Numbered from the stretch's first letter, positions 28,352 through 38,856 are shown. The stretch is 64,000 nt of DNA from an uncultured bacterium (GCA_964457585.1 CAYWFU010000007.1:5275-69274), one strand, 5' to 3'. A program made the numbers and translations. Notes: generated by a model from the letters alone, not told the origin.

Positions 28352-30166
28352 ATGTCAGATATCGTATTTATACAATTACCCCTTTGGGGGATTGGTGTCC
28401 CGCCTCTCGGCACAGCTTTGCTGAAAAGTTATTTAAAACAGCATGGTGTGACATCTACAATATTCGATGTGAATATTCATGCTTATTCTATAAGAGGTGA
28501 AAGATTTGAAGATTATTGGGATGTGAAAAATGGGTGGAATCATGTAAGCAGCGAAGAGAAAATGGTTGAATTTTACAATAAATATAGAGCCCTATTTTCA
28601 TTTTATATAGATAAAATTGAAAAAATTAATCCACGTATTGTTGGGCTGACTATTTATTACTCTAATATGATACTTTCAAAAATATTTATCGAAGAGCTTA
28701 AAAGTAAATGTCCATTAATTAAAATTATTTTAGGCGGACCACATGCCACGGAGTTTAGTAAAGATGAACTTCTTTCATCTCCGTCAGTTGATGCTGTCAG
28801 CTTAGGTGAAGGCGAAAAAGCAATACTTGCATATTATAATGAAGTTCTTAACGAAAAGAACGAAAGCTTACCGGGCATTGCATACAAAAAAAATAATTCT
28901 GTAATCGAAGCAAAACCCATAGAATATATTAAAAATTTAGATGATCTTCCATTCCCTGATTTTGATGATTTTAATTTGTCTTTATATTTCACAGGGAGAT
29001 ATGTTTATCTACCGAGTTATATTTCAAGAGGCTGTATTAATAAATGTATTTATTGTACAGAAAGAAGCTTCATGAAGCAGTTTCGTTTTAGATCTGCTAA
29101 AAGAGTTGTTGATGAATTTGAATATTTTTTAAAGAAATATCCGGCAGTAAAAGGAATTCGAATGTGCGATAGCATAACAAACGCAAGCATTCCAATGCTT
29201 AATGAATTTTGTGATCTGATGATAGAAAAAAAGATACCTTTGAGCTGGAGTATGGAAAATGCCGCAATTCGAAAAGAAATGCGCACACCTCTTTATAAGA
29301 AACTTAAAAAAGCGGATTGTACATTAATAGGTTATGGAATGGAAACACCTTCTGAAAAATTGTTGAAAAACATTGGGAAAACACTTGCGCAAGGTGTTGA
29401 TATAGAAAAAGTATTAAAAGAAGGAAAAAAATCAGGAATACATATTAGTGTGAATATTATGTTCGGCCTTCCGGGTGAAACAGATGAAGATTTTGAAAAT
29501 CTCCTAAATTTTCTTAAAAAAAATAGAAAGTCTTTAAGTATGGTAAATCCTTCACTTAATCTTTGTGCCTTTTTTCCGGGATCATTAGGTTATAGTACTC
29601 CGGAAAAATATGAAGTTGATATGACTCATGGACCGGATTTTTGGAAGACTATTGATAATAAAAATAATTTCCCTATTAGAATGAATAGATTTGAAAAATT
29701 TATTCTAGAAGCAAAAAAAAATAAACTGGATAATTTTTTGAATGCTACGGAAATTCCAAATAAAAATCAGCGGCTATTTGAATATTATTGCGCAGTGGAA
29801 GATAAGGAAAACGCATTAAAATATTATAATTTGATATCTGAAAAGGATTTAACCGGCGAGTACACAAAACTTTATAATAAACTTAACGGAGATAATAGTT
29901 CTAATGATTTGACATATGTTGTTTCAAATTTTATTCAATCTCTTAATAGTAAAGAAAGAGATGTTGCAATTAGACAATCCTTAAGCTGGCTTATAAGTGA
30001 GTATGAGAAGAAAGGTATATTTTTAGAAAATACATGGTCAAAAGATATTCATCCAATTAAAGCACGTATAAGGGATTTGATTCATAGAGCAATAGGAATT
30101 CATTATATTGAAAAAAGAATTAACGGCGTTCTTGAGATTTTAAAAATTGCAAACAGACAAGAATGA
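28352..30166 (+). CDS. B12-binding-domain radical SAM enzyme, paralogue 2 (long form, 604 aa)
   Basis: VFIQLPLWGIGVPPLG..., ILGGPHAT B12 domain; ISRGCINKCIYCTE cluster motif; extra ~150-aa C-terminal extension. Confidence 0.8.
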   Translation: MSDIVFIQLPLWGIGVPPLGTALLKSYLKQHGVTSTIFDVNIHAYSIRGERFEDYWDVKNGWNHVSSEEKMVEFYNKYRALFSFYIDKIEKINPRIVGLTIYYSNMILSKIFIEELKSKCPLIKIILGGPHATEFSKDELLSSPSVDAVSLGEGEKAILAYYNEVLNEKNESLPGIAYKKNNSVIEAKPIEYIKNLDDLPFPDFDDFNLSLYFTGRYVYLPSYISRGCINKCIYCTERSFMKQFRFRSAKRVVDEFEYFLKKYPAVKGIRMCDSITNASIPMLNEFCDLMIEKKIPLSWSMENAAIRKEMRTPLYKKLKKADCTLIGYGMETPSEKLLKNIGKTLAQGVDIEKVLKEGKKSGIHISVNIMFGLPGETDEDFENLLNFLKKNRKSLSMVNPSLNLCAFFPGSLGYSTPEKYEVDMTHGPDFWKTIDNKNNFPIRMNRFEKFILEAKKNKLDNFLNATEIPNKNQRLFEYYCAVEDKENALKYYNLISEKDLTGEYTKLYNKLNGDNSSNDLTYVVSNFIQSLNSKERDVAIRQSLSWLISEYEKKGIFLENTWSKDIHPIKARIRDLIHRAIGIHYIEKRINGVLEILKIANRQE

Positions 30167-31404
30167 ATAAATTAAAAAAAATACTTATCTATACAGATGT
30201 TCCGTATTTTGCAGGATGTGAAAATGTTTTAGAGAATATTGTTTCATATACAAAAATAAATACTGAATTTGAAATTGTTTTTTGTTATAGAAGAAGTCAT
30301 CAATACACTTATGATTTAAAAAATAGATCAATAAATGTTCCTATATTTCCTGTCTTTGTACTTTCAAACGATCCGATTTTTTCTTTTTTAAAAAATATAT
30401 TCGGAACAGGTTTATTATATCGTCTTGCCAAATTGCCTTTTTCTATAATAGAAAGAAGCTTTGTACTTTCCATAGTAAATTTTTTTATTCTATATAGACT
30501 TGTCTGCAAACATGCACCGGATATTGTACATATTAATAATGGCGGATACCCGGGTGCGGCAACATGCAGAGTTATGGCTTTATCTGCAAAAAAGGCGGGT
30601 ATTAAAAAAATAATATTTACTGTAAACAATATTGCCTGTCCACAAACAGGAATAATTGATAAACTTTTAGATAAAGCTATAGATGCACGAGTTAACTATT
30701 TTACAACTGCATCGCATGCAGCGTCTAATCAACTTACAATATCTAGAGGTTTTTATAATGATAAATTAAAAGTTATAGCAAATACAATTTTATTTGATGG
30801 GGAAAAGTTGAAATTTACACCCAGGCTAAGAAAAGAATTTAGTATTCCCAAAGATGTAAAGATTATAGGATCTGTTGGCTTATTAACAAAAAGAAAAGGC
30901 TATCATGTTCTGATTGAAGCGGCTAAACAAATTGTAACTTATTCAAATTGGTGCATATTCATTTTTGGAGAAGGAGAAGAACGTGAAATTCTCAATGAAA
31001 TGATAAAAAAAAATAATTTATCAGATAGAATTTTTTTACCGGGATTTCGTTCTAATATTATGGATTATGTATTGGATTTTGATGTATTTGTGCTTCCTTC
31101 AACAAATAATGAAGATTTACCGAATGTTATTAATGAAGCTATGCTACTGGGAAAGCCTGTAATTGGAACCATGGTTGCTGGTATTCCTGAACAAATTGAC
31201 GATGGTGTAACAGGTTACCTTGTAAAGCCCCAAGACGAGAAAGAATTAAGTGAAGCATTAGCAAAAGTTACACAAATGAGTTATAATCAACTTGAAAACA
31301 TGGGGAAATCAAGTAAAAATAAATATTTGAATCAATTTTCATATTGTAAATCAATGGATAAATATTATACCTTATATAAGAGTTTAGCTTTAATTGTACA
31401 ATAA
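30163..31404 (+). CDS. glycosyltransferase family 4 (GT-B, group 1)
   Basis: C-terminal domain FVLPS...E.LPNVINEAMLLGKPVIGTMVAGIPEQIDDGVTGYLV, the EX7E-type GT4 signature. Confidence 0.8.
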   Translation: MNKLKKILIYTDVPYFAGCENVLENIVSYTKINTEFEIVFCYRRSHQYTYDLKNRSINVPIFPVFVLSNDPIFSFLKNIFGTGLLYRLAKLPFSIIERSFVLSIVNFFILYRLVCKHAPDIVHINNGGYPGAATCRVMALSAKKAGIKKIIFTVNNIACPQTGIIDKLLDKAIDARVNYFTTASHAASNQLTISRGFYNDKLKVIANTILFDGEKLKFTPRLRKEFSIPKDVKIIGSVGLLTKRKGYHVLIEAAKQIVTYSNWCIFIFGEGEEREILNEMIKKNNLSDRIFLPGFRSNIMDYVLDFDVFVLPSTNNEDLPNVINEAMLLGKPVIGTMVAGIPEQIDDGVTGYLVKPQDEKELSEALAKVTQMSYNQLENMGKSSKNKYLNQFSYCKSMDKYYTLYKSLALIVQ

Positions 31405-31430
31405 CAATTTTTTTGAAATTTGGAGGTTAA

Positions 31431-32360
31431 ATGAAAGTTTTAATTACAGGTGGATTTGGTTATATAGGGTCCTGGCTTAGCAATTATTTTTGTAAAAATG
31501 GATATGATGTACATATTCTTTCAAATTCGAATGATAGATTTTTAAAAGGTGTAAATTATAATTTTATTAAAGCAGATGTATCTAATATAAATGAATTAAA
31601 ATCTAAAGTTAAAGAAAATTATGATTATTGTATTCATCTGGCAAGTAATAATGATTATTTTATAGAAGGTTATGCGGAAAAAGCACTTCATATTAATGCT
31701 CTTGGAACCAGAAATATATTAGAAACAATTGTTAATAAAAATATTAAAAAATTTATCTATTTTTCCACATCTCATGTTTATGGAGCTGCAAAAGAAATGG
31801 TTGACGAATCTTTTCTGCCAAATCCTCTAAATGATTATGCTTGCACACAATTATTTGGGGAGTACTATGTAAGACAATTTGGTATAATAAATCAATTACC
31901 TTATACAATTGTGCGTCCTACAAATGGGTATGGTGCCCCAAAATTTTTAAATACAACGAAATGGTATCTTGTATTTAATTCTTTGGTTAGATCAGCTTAT
32001 GAAAATAAAGAAATAATATTAAATTCAGATGGACAGGCAATGAGAGATTTTATTTGGATTGGAGATATTTGTAAAATTATTGAATCCATTTTGATTACTA
32101 AAGAGACAGTCAATGAAATAATAAATTTATCATCAGGAAAAATGTATAAAATTATTGAAATAGCTGAAATAGTAAAAAAAGTTTATGAAAGCAGATATAA
32201 ACGTTCTATATCTATAAAAATTAATCCTAATAATAATCCCAAATTTTATTCACTTAAAATAAGTAATCAAAAATTGTGTAAACTGATTAATTTTCATCCA
32301 AATGAGAAATTTTTAGAGGAAGCTGATAGTATTTTTTCTTTGCTTGAGGGAGGACGTTAA
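31431..32360 (+). CDS. NAD-dependent sugar epimerase/dehydratase (extended SDR)
   Basis: MKVLITGGFGYIGSWL; YxxxK present in YGAAK region. Confidence 0.8.
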   Translation: MKVLITGGFGYIGSWLSNYFCKNGYDVHILSNSNDRFLKGVNYNFIKADVSNINELKSKVKENYDYCIHLASNNDYFIEGYAEKALHINALGTRNILETIVNKNIKKFIYFSTSHVYGAAKEMVDESFLPNPLNDYACTQLFGEYYVRQFGIINQLPYTIVRPTNGYGAPKFLNTTKWYLVFNSLVRSAYENKEIILNSDGQAMRDFIWIGDICKIIESILITKETVNEIINLSSGKMYKIIEIAEIVKKVYESRYKRSISIKINPNNNPKFYSLKISNQKLCKLINFHPNEKFLEEADSIFSLLEGGR

Positions 32361-32365
32361 TAATT

Positions 32366-33169
32366 GTGCAACCACTCGTTTCTATTGTTACTCCTATGTT
32401 TAATGCTGAAGCTTATGTTTCACAGACAATTGAATCTGTTTTGTCTCAAACTTATTCAAATTGGGAAATGATAATTGTTGATAATTATTCAACAGATAAA
32501 AGCAAAGAAATTGTCCATGAATATTGTAAAAAAGATAATAGAATAAAGCTTGTCAAGTTAGATTATAATTCAGGTGGTCCGGCCAGACCTCGTAATGTAG
32601 GAATAAAAAATAGCAAAGGTGATTTTATTGCTTATTTAGATGCAGATGATTTATGGCAAAAAGATAAATTGGAAAAGCAGTTAAATTTTTTTCAAAATAA
32701 TCCTGATGTTTATTTATGTTATTCGACTTATCAATTGATAAATGAAAATAGTACAAAATTAGATGTAATGCTTGAAAAGCGTAAAAAATCTAATGGTTGC
32801 ACTTTTGAATCACTTTTTCTTTCTTTTAATTTTATACCAAGCGCCTCTGTAATGATAAAAATATATGATAAAGAAGTAATATTTTTTGATGAGAATCCAA
32901 AACTGGTTGCAGCAGAAGATTTTGATTTATGGTTAAGAATAGCTAAAAGTAAAAAAATAGGTTTTATTGATGAACCATTGTTGTTATACCGAATACATGA
33001 AAATAACACTTCCGGAAATGTAAGCTACCGCATTTCAAGAAATTGGAATTTAATACAAAAATGGAAAATAGAAGTTAATAATATATTACTTGTTAAAAAA
33101 TATTTTTTATTTTTTATTTACGTAATATTTTCTTTTTATCGAGCTGCTATTCGAGAATTTAACAAATAA
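32366..33169 (+). CDS. glycosyltransferase family 2
   Basis: VSIVTPMFNAEAYVSQTIESVLSQTYSNWEMIIVDNYSTD ... YLDADDLW (DXD); GTG start. Confidence 0.8.
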   Translation: MQPLVSIVTPMFNAEAYVSQTIESVLSQTYSNWEMIIVDNYSTDKSKEIVHEYCKKDNRIKLVKLDYNSGGPARPRNVGIKNSKGDFIAYLDADDLWQKDKLEKQLNFFQNNPDVYLCYSTYQLINENSTKLDVMLEKRKKSNGCTFESLFLSFNFIPSASVMIKIYDKEVIFFDENPKLVAAEDFDLWLRIAKSKKIGFIDEPLLLYRIHENNTSGNVSYRISRNWNLIQKWKIEVNNILLVKKYFLFFIYVIFSFYRAAIREFNK

Positions 33170-33181
33170 TAGGAGGGTAAT

Positions 33182-34123
33182 ATGCCAGGGAATTGTACTT
33201 GTAGCCTAGAAAATAAAAGTGAATTTGTAACGATATATAAACATCTCACAAAAGAAGATGAACAACATCTGGGTAAAATGGAGATACATCGTTGTTTGAA
33301 TTGTTCATTAGCATTTGCAAATCCCCAGCCCGATATATCAAAACTCGAATATTATTACGACAAAATATATAGGAAAGAAGGAAGACCAAATTTTATAAGC
33401 AATCCGGAAAAGACTGGGCCGGGTAATCTGGAAAAATCACAGTATGCTTATATTGCTAAATACGTAAATTTATCCAATATAAATAGTATTCTTGATATTG
33501 GTGCTGGTTATGGATTTTTTTTACGTGAAATAAGAAAAATGCATTCTTCCATAGAATTATTTTTTGATGATTTAGATATTAAATCTACACAATATTTAGA
33601 AAAATATAATATAAATAGGTACGATCATAAAATAAATAATAGTATAGATTTAATCATTTCTTCACATAATTTGGAACATTTTACTACACCTGATGCTTTT
33701 TTTGAAAAAGTTAAATTTATATTAAAACCAAAAGGTTATCTATTTATTGAAGTTCCAAACGATTCTTTTGATAGTAAAAAAAGTGAAGAAAAATCGCATT
33801 ACAGCCCTCATTTATTGTTTTTTTCAAAAAAATCACTTCAATTTTTTATGGAAAAACATGGTTTTAGAATAATTAATATTGAAACATGCGGATGGCCAAT
33901 TAATACCGAAATTGAGCTTCTTAAATCTGAAATGAAAGTATATAAAGATCAAGATATTGTTAAAAGTTTGCACAATAAATTTGCAAGTCTGATTCCGACA
34001 AATTTAAAGGAATTTATACGAAGAAAAATTTTAAATAAAAGTAATATTGACCTAACCTTGGAAAATTTCAATTATGGTGGTGATAGGCGCGCTATTAGAG
34101 CAATAGCTGTCTTTGATAAATAG
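33182..34123 (+). CDS. class I SAM methyltransferase with N-terminal zinc-ribbon
   Basis: N-terminal CTCS...HRCLNCSLAF (CxC...CxxC), then LDIGAGYGFF motif I. Confidence 0.65.
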   Translation: MPGNCTCSLENKSEFVTIYKHLTKEDEQHLGKMEIHRCLNCSLAFANPQPDISKLEYYYDKIYRKEGRPNFISNPEKTGPGNLEKSQYAYIAKYVNLSNINSILDIGAGYGFFLREIRKMHSSIELFFDDLDIKSTQYLEKYNINRYDHKINNSIDLIISSHNLEHFTTPDAFFEKVKFILKPKGYLFIEVPNDSFDSKKSEEKSHYSPHLLFFSKKSLQFFMEKHGFRIINIETCGWPINTEIELLKSEMKVYKDQDIVKSLHNKFASLIPTNLKEFIRRKILNKSNIDLTLENFNYGGDRRAIRAIAVFDK

Positions 34124-35420
34124 TAATAAATATATTATGAAAAAGATTTTTAACAAATTTATGAATGTATTGCCGTATTTTCCGCGGCAAAGATATGGGA
34201 TTTTTACGGGAACTAATAGTATACAAGAATGGAATGAGGCAATTCGTTCTCTGTTAACTTTTGAGAGTAGTGATGTTTTAGATGTAATTAAGGAATATGA
34301 AAATCGTTTTGCTAAAGTTGTCGGGGTTGAACATGGAGTTAGTTTTGGTGCAGGCAGGATGGCGCTATATGCAATATTAGAAGTAATGAAAATCGGGCAG
34401 GGAGATGAGGTTGTTATTCCTGCATTTACCTGTGTTGTTGTTCCAAACGCAATTATTTATAGAGGAGCGCGTCCGGTTTATGTGGACATTGATCCTCAAA
34501 CGTTTAATATTGATGTAAAGCAGGTCGAAGCTGTTATTAGTCCGTCAACTAAAGCTTTATATGCACAGCATACTTTTGGGATTCCTTGTGATCTTAAAGC
34601 ACTTTGTGAAATCGGAAAGCGGCACGGTATACCTGTTATTGAAGATTGCGGTCATGCGCTTGGATCAAAATATGAAAATAAATTTGTAGGGTCTATTTCC
34701 GATGTTGCCTATTTTACAACTGATCATTCTAAAGTGATTAACACTCATTTAGGCGGAATGGCTGTAACTAATAATTATGAGTTAGCACAACGTCTAAAAA
34801 CTATACAGGAAAAAACACCATTTTTAGATTCATCAACAAATCGACGAATGCTCTTTTCTTTTATTGTGGAATATTTTTGTTTTTCTCCATATTTTTTATG
34901 GTTTGGTAGTTTTTTACATAAAATTTTTGCCAAAATTGGATTATTGTTTTATTTTCATGATGAAATGTTGACAGAGTTACCAAAAAAATATCCTTATCCA
35001 TGCAGGTTGTCGGCTCAGCAAGCTAAGATTGGACTTTCACAGCTTGATCTGCTTGAAAAAAACATAGCTCATCGTCGTATGATTGCAAGCTGGCTGGAGG
35101 AAAAGATAGGTTGGTATGGTTTTAATAAGAATGAAATTGATAATTTTGCATGGCTTAGATATTCTTTTTTAGTAAAGAATCGTGATGAATTTATAAAACG
35201 GTTTTCAAAACATTTTGATCTTGCTGTATGGTTTACCAGTGTGGTTGGCGGACGTAATTCTGATTTTGAGGCAGTCGGTTATAAAGTGGGAAGTTGTCCT
35301 GTTGCTGAACACGTTGCACAACATATAGTAAATTTTCCTACTCATAATCGCATTCCCCTAAATATTATAAAAAGAGAAATAGAAAAAAATTTAGACTGGA
35401 TTAAAAGGCAGAGACTTTAA
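34113..35420 (+). CDS. DegT/DnrJ/EryC1 PLP-dependent sugar aminotransferase (with hydrophobic insertion)
   Basis: GAGRMALYAILEVMKIGQGDEVVIPAFTCVVVPNAI ... DCGHALGS, the DegT pattern. Unusual ~45-aa Phe/Leu-rich insert (LFSFIVEYFCFSPYFLWFGSFLHKIF...). Likely start at Met 34137. Confidence 0.75.
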   Translation: MINSNKYIMKKIFNKFMNVLPYFPRQRYGIFTGTNSIQEWNEAIRSLLTFESSDVLDVIKEYENRFAKVVGVEHGVSFGAGRMALYAILEVMKIGQGDEVVIPAFTCVVVPNAIIYRGARPVYVDIDPQTFNIDVKQVEAVISPSTKALYAQHTFGIPCDLKALCEIGKRHGIPVIEDCGHALGSKYENKFVGSISDVAYFTTDHSKVINTHLGGMAVTNNYELAQRLKTIQEKTPFLDSSTNRRMLFSFIVEYFCFSPYFLWFGSFLHKIFAKIGLLFYFHDEMLTELPKKYPYPCRLSAQQAKIGLSQLDLLEKNIAHRRMIASWLEEKIGWYGFNKNEIDNFAWLRYSFLVKNRDEFIKRFSKHFDLAVWFTSVVGGRNSDFEAVGYKVGSCPVAEHVAQHIVNFPTHNRIPLNIIKREIEKNLDWIKRQRL

Positions 35421-35433
35421 AAGAAAGGCATTT

Positions 35434-36528
35434 ATGTTTTTTGATAAATTTAAAGGTGCACGAGTATTAGTTACAGGACATACAGGTTTTAAGGGATCAT
35501 GGCTATCTGCATGGCTTATAAGATTGGGAGCGCAGGTTACAGGTGTTTCAATTGGTATTCCAACTGAGCCATCCAATTTTATTGTTTCAAATCTTAATGA
35601 AAAAATGGAAGATAAACGAACTGATATAGGGGATATTGAGCAATTACGCACAATAGTAAATTTTGTTCAGCCGGATTATGTATTTCATCTTGCTGCTCAA
35701 TCTCTTGTACGCTATTCTTATACTAATCCCATTGAGACTTATCGTACGAATGTTTTAGGTACAGCACATGTTTTAGAAAGTTTAAGAATTTTAAATAAGC
35801 CTTGTGTTGCTGTTATTATTACAAGTGATAAATGTTATGATAATGTTGAATGGGTATGGGGATATAGAGAAACAGATCGTCTTGGCGGAGTTGATCCTTA
35901 TAGCGCTTCAAAAGGTGCGGCAGAGATTATAATCCGTTCGTATGTTCATTCATTTTTCCCTGCTAATGGACGAGTGCGTATTGGTATTGGACGCGCTGGG
36001 AATGTTATTGGAGGAGGAGATTGGGCATGTGATCGCATTGTTCCTGATTGCATAAGAGCATGGGCAATGAATAAAGAAGTTTTATTAAGGAATCTTCATG
36101 CTACTCGTCCATGGCAGCATGTATTAGAGCCGTTAAGCGGTTATCTTCTTTTAGCAGCGCAACTGCCAGACAAACCGGAACTGCATGGCGAACCCTTTAA
36201 TTTTGGGCCGCCTTCAGATCATAATTACAGCGTTCTAGAATTAGTAAAAGAAATGCAATCTTATTGGAATGGCGCTAACTGGCGCGATATTTCAGAAAAA
36301 GAAATTCATCGCAAAGAAGCAGGGCTTTTGAAACTAAATTGTGATAAAGCATTGCACCTACTTAAATGGAAAACAGTAATGAATTTTAAAGAGACAGCAG
36401 AAATGACAACGAATTGGTATAGAAATTATTATTCCAATGATAATAAAAATATGTGGCAGATAACAAGCAGCCAAATAGATCAATATACGAAATTGTCTTT
36501 TGATAGAGGAAATTTATGGGCGAAGTAA
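35434..36528 (+). CDS. rfbG: CDP-glucose 4,6-dehydratase
   Basis: KGARVLVTGHTGFKGSWLSAWL N-terminus characteristic of RfbG/DdhB; followed by cupin and rfbF. Confidence 0.8.
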   Translation: MFFDKFKGARVLVTGHTGFKGSWLSAWLIRLGAQVTGVSIGIPTEPSNFIVSNLNEKMEDKRTDIGDIEQLRTIVNFVQPDYVFHLAAQSLVRYSYTNPIETYRTNVLGTAHVLESLRILNKPCVAVIITSDKCYDNVEWVWGYRETDRLGGVDPYSASKGAAEIIIRSYVHSFFPANGRVRIGIGRAGNVIGGGDWACDRIVPDCIRAWAMNKEVLLRNLHATRPWQHVLEPLSGYLLLAAQLPDKPELHGEPFNFGPPSDHNYSVLELVKEMQSYWNGANWRDISEKEIHRKEAGLLKLNCDKALHLLKWKTVMNFKETAEMTTNWYRNYYSNDNKNMWQITSSQIDQYTKLSFDRGNLWAK

Positions 36529-36962
36529 AAATTGCTGATTTAATAATAACGCCTCTTCGCATTATCCCTTTAGCAGATGGAGATGTTTTTCACGGTATGA
36601 AGTCATCTGATCTGGGATATAAAGGTTTTGGCGAAGCTTATTTTTCTTCGATAAAGAAGAACGCAATAAAAGCATGGAAGCGCCATAATAAGATGACTCT
36701 GAATCTGATAGTTCCAGTTGGAGCAATTCGTTTTGTTATTTATGACGATCGCGAAAAATCGATAACAAAAAATTGTTTTCAAATTGTCGAATTATCCAGA
36801 GAGAATTACTGCAGGTTTACTGTTCCACCGTGTGTCTGGATGGGATTTAAAGGATTAAGCGATGAAGTGAGCTTATTGTTAAATATTGCTGATATATCAC
36901 ACGACCCTAATGAAATTGAACGAAAGAGCATTGAAGAAATTAAATATGATTGGAGTAAATAA
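36516..36962 (+). CDS. small RmlC-like cupin (putative CDP-4-keto-6-deoxyhexose epimerase/isomerase)
   Basis: 148 aa, beta-rich; GYKGFGEAYFSS reminiscent of RmlC/FdtA-type cupins; sits between rfbG and rfbF. Confidence 0.45.
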   Translation: MGEVKIADLIITPLRIIPLADGDVFHGMKSSDLGYKGFGEAYFSSIKKNAIKAWKRHNKMTLNLIVPVGAIRFVIYDDREKSITKNCFQIVELSRENYCRFTVPPCVWMGFKGLSDEVSLLLNIADISHDPNEIERKSIEEIKYDWSK

Positions 36963-36965
36963 AAT

Positions 36966-37730
36966 ATGAAAATAGTTATTTTAGCCGGTGGATTTGGAAC
37001 ACGAATGTCTGAATATACTGAAGTTATTCCTAAGCCAATGGTAACTGTCGGTGGAAAACCTATTTTATGGCATATCATGAAAACCTATGCGAAATACGGA
37101 CATAAAGATTTTTATATTGCTCTTGGCTATAAAGGAGAGATGATAAAAGATTATTTTATTAATTATAGAGATCTTAATGCGGATTTTACTATTGATCTTT
37201 CTAACGGGCTGGTAGTATCTCATCAAACAGATAATGTGGATTGGAAAGTTACTCTTGTTGATACAGGTTTGGATACATTAACAGGTGGGCGTGTAAAACG
37301 ATTACAGCCATTTATCAGTAATGAACCATTTTTGCTTACCTATGGTGACGGAGTGGCAGATATAAATATTGATCAGTTAATCGCATTTCATCGTAATCAT
37401 AGAAAAATGATAACAGTCAGCGCTGTCCATCCTACTGCTCGTTTTGGTGAATTGAGTTTTGATAGAGAAAAGGTTATATCCTTCAAAGAAAAACCTCAAT
37501 TGAATCAAGGTTGGATTAATGGAGGTTATTTTGTAGTTGAACCCGCATTTTTCAATTTGATTAAAGATGATAAAACTATTTTAGAACGTGAACCCTTGGA
37601 AAATGCTGCAAGAATGCATGAATTGATGGCTTTTAAACATAATGGATTTTGGCAATGTATGGATACAAAGCGGGACCGCGATTTGCTTGAAGAATTATGG
37701 CAGTCAGATTCTGCACCATGGAAGGTATAA
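36966..37730 (+). CDS. rfbF: glucose-1-phosphate cytidylyltransferase
   Basis: MKIVILAGGFGTRMSEYTEVIPKPMVTVGGKPILWHIMK, a near-canonical RfbF N-terminus. Confidence 0.85.
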   Translation: MKIVILAGGFGTRMSEYTEVIPKPMVTVGGKPILWHIMKTYAKYGHKDFYIALGYKGEMIKDYFINYRDLNADFTIDLSNGLVVSHQTDNVDWKVTLVDTGLDTLTGGRVKRLQPFISNEPFLLTYGDGVADINIDQLIAFHRNHRKMITVSAVHPTARFGELSFDREKVISFKEKPQLNQGWINGGYFVVEPAFFNLIKDDKTILEREPLENAARMHELMAFKHNGFWQCMDTKRDRDLLEELWQSDSAPWKV

Positions 37731-37734
37731 ACAT

Positions 37735-38856
37735 ATGAGAAAATTGATACGACTTTCGAAATCTTGTATTGGTGAAGCAGAAAAAAAAGCTGTTATGAAT
37801 GTTTTAGATCGAGAACTTTTAGGTATGGGAGCCGAAGTTCAAAAATTCGAATCTGCTTTAAAGGATTTTTTTGAGCGTCAAGCTGTATGTGTTGTAAATG
37901 GAACTTCTGCTTTACATCTGGCTGTTCAAGCATGCGGTATTGGTTTTGAAGATGAAGTATTACTTCCTTCTCTCACTTATATTGCATCTTTTCAAGCTAT
38001 TTCCGCAACAAATGCAACACCAGTGGCATGTGATATTGATCCTATAACTTTAACTCTTGACTGGCGTGATGCGGAAAAACGTTTAACTAAAAAAACTAAA
38101 GCTATAATGCCGGTTCATTTTACCGGTGGAGTGGGAGATTTAGAAGGAATATACGAATTTGCCAAAAAAAATGGTTTGCGTGTTATAGAAGATGCTGCTC
38201 ATGCTTTTGGATCACAATATAAAGGTAAAAAAGTCGGCAGTTTTGGTGATATTGCCTGCTTTAGTTTTGATGGAATTAAAAATATTACATCAGGAGAAGG
38301 CGGATGCGTAGTTAGCGAAGATGCTGCAGTTTTACAGCGCACTAAAGATGCCCGTTTATTAGGTGTTGAAAATGACACAGAAAAACGTTTTAATGCTCAG
38401 CGCAGTTGGGATTTTGATGTTACCAGGCAGGGTTGGCGATACCATATGAGCAACATTATGGCGGCAATTGGAATTGAACAATTTCGCCGATTACCGGAGT
38501 TCATTGCAAAGAGGCAGGAACTGGCTAGATATTACGACGAGCAATTTGCAAAAAGCATTTCTATAAAAACTATTCCTCATAACTATTCTTTAATATCGCC
38601 TCATATATATATTATACGTATAAAGGGATTAAAAGATCGCATTAAATTACAATCGCGACTTTTGGAATTAGGAATAGAAACGGGAGTTCATTACAAACCT
38701 AATCATCTGTTGACTAAATATAAAGAAATTGTAAAATTACCTTTAACAGTAACAGAAAACGTTTATCAAGAAATACTTACTCTACCCTTACACTTCGATC
38801 TAAACAAGTTGGATATCGATTATATATGCAAATCTTTGCTTGAGGCTGTATCATGA
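37735..38856 (+). CDS. DegT-family PLP aminotransferase/dehydrase (CDP-sugar pathway)
   Basis: Start moved to ATG 37735, residue 32 of the track ORF, just after the rfbF stop. MNVLDRELLGMGAEVQKFE ... DAAHAFGS ... SFDGIKNITSGEGG, the DegT signature. Confidence 0.8.
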   Translation: MRKLIRLSKSCIGEAEKKAVMNVLDRELLGMGAEVQKFESALKDFFERQAVCVVNGTSALHLAVQACGIGFEDEVLLPSLTYIASFQAISATNATPVACDIDPITLTLDWRDAEKRLTKKTKAIMPVHFTGGVGDLEGIYEFAKKNGLRVIEDAAHAFGSQYKGKKVGSFGDIACFSFDGIKNITSGEGGCVVSEDAAVLQRTKDARLLGVENDTEKRFNAQRSWDFDVTRQGWRYHMSNIMAAIGIEQFRRLPEFIAKRQELARYYDEQFAKSISIKTIPHNYSLISPHIYIIRIKGLKDRIKLQSRLLELGIETGVHYKPNHLLTKYKEIVKLPLTVTENVYQEILTLPLHFDLNKLDIDYICKSLLEAVS

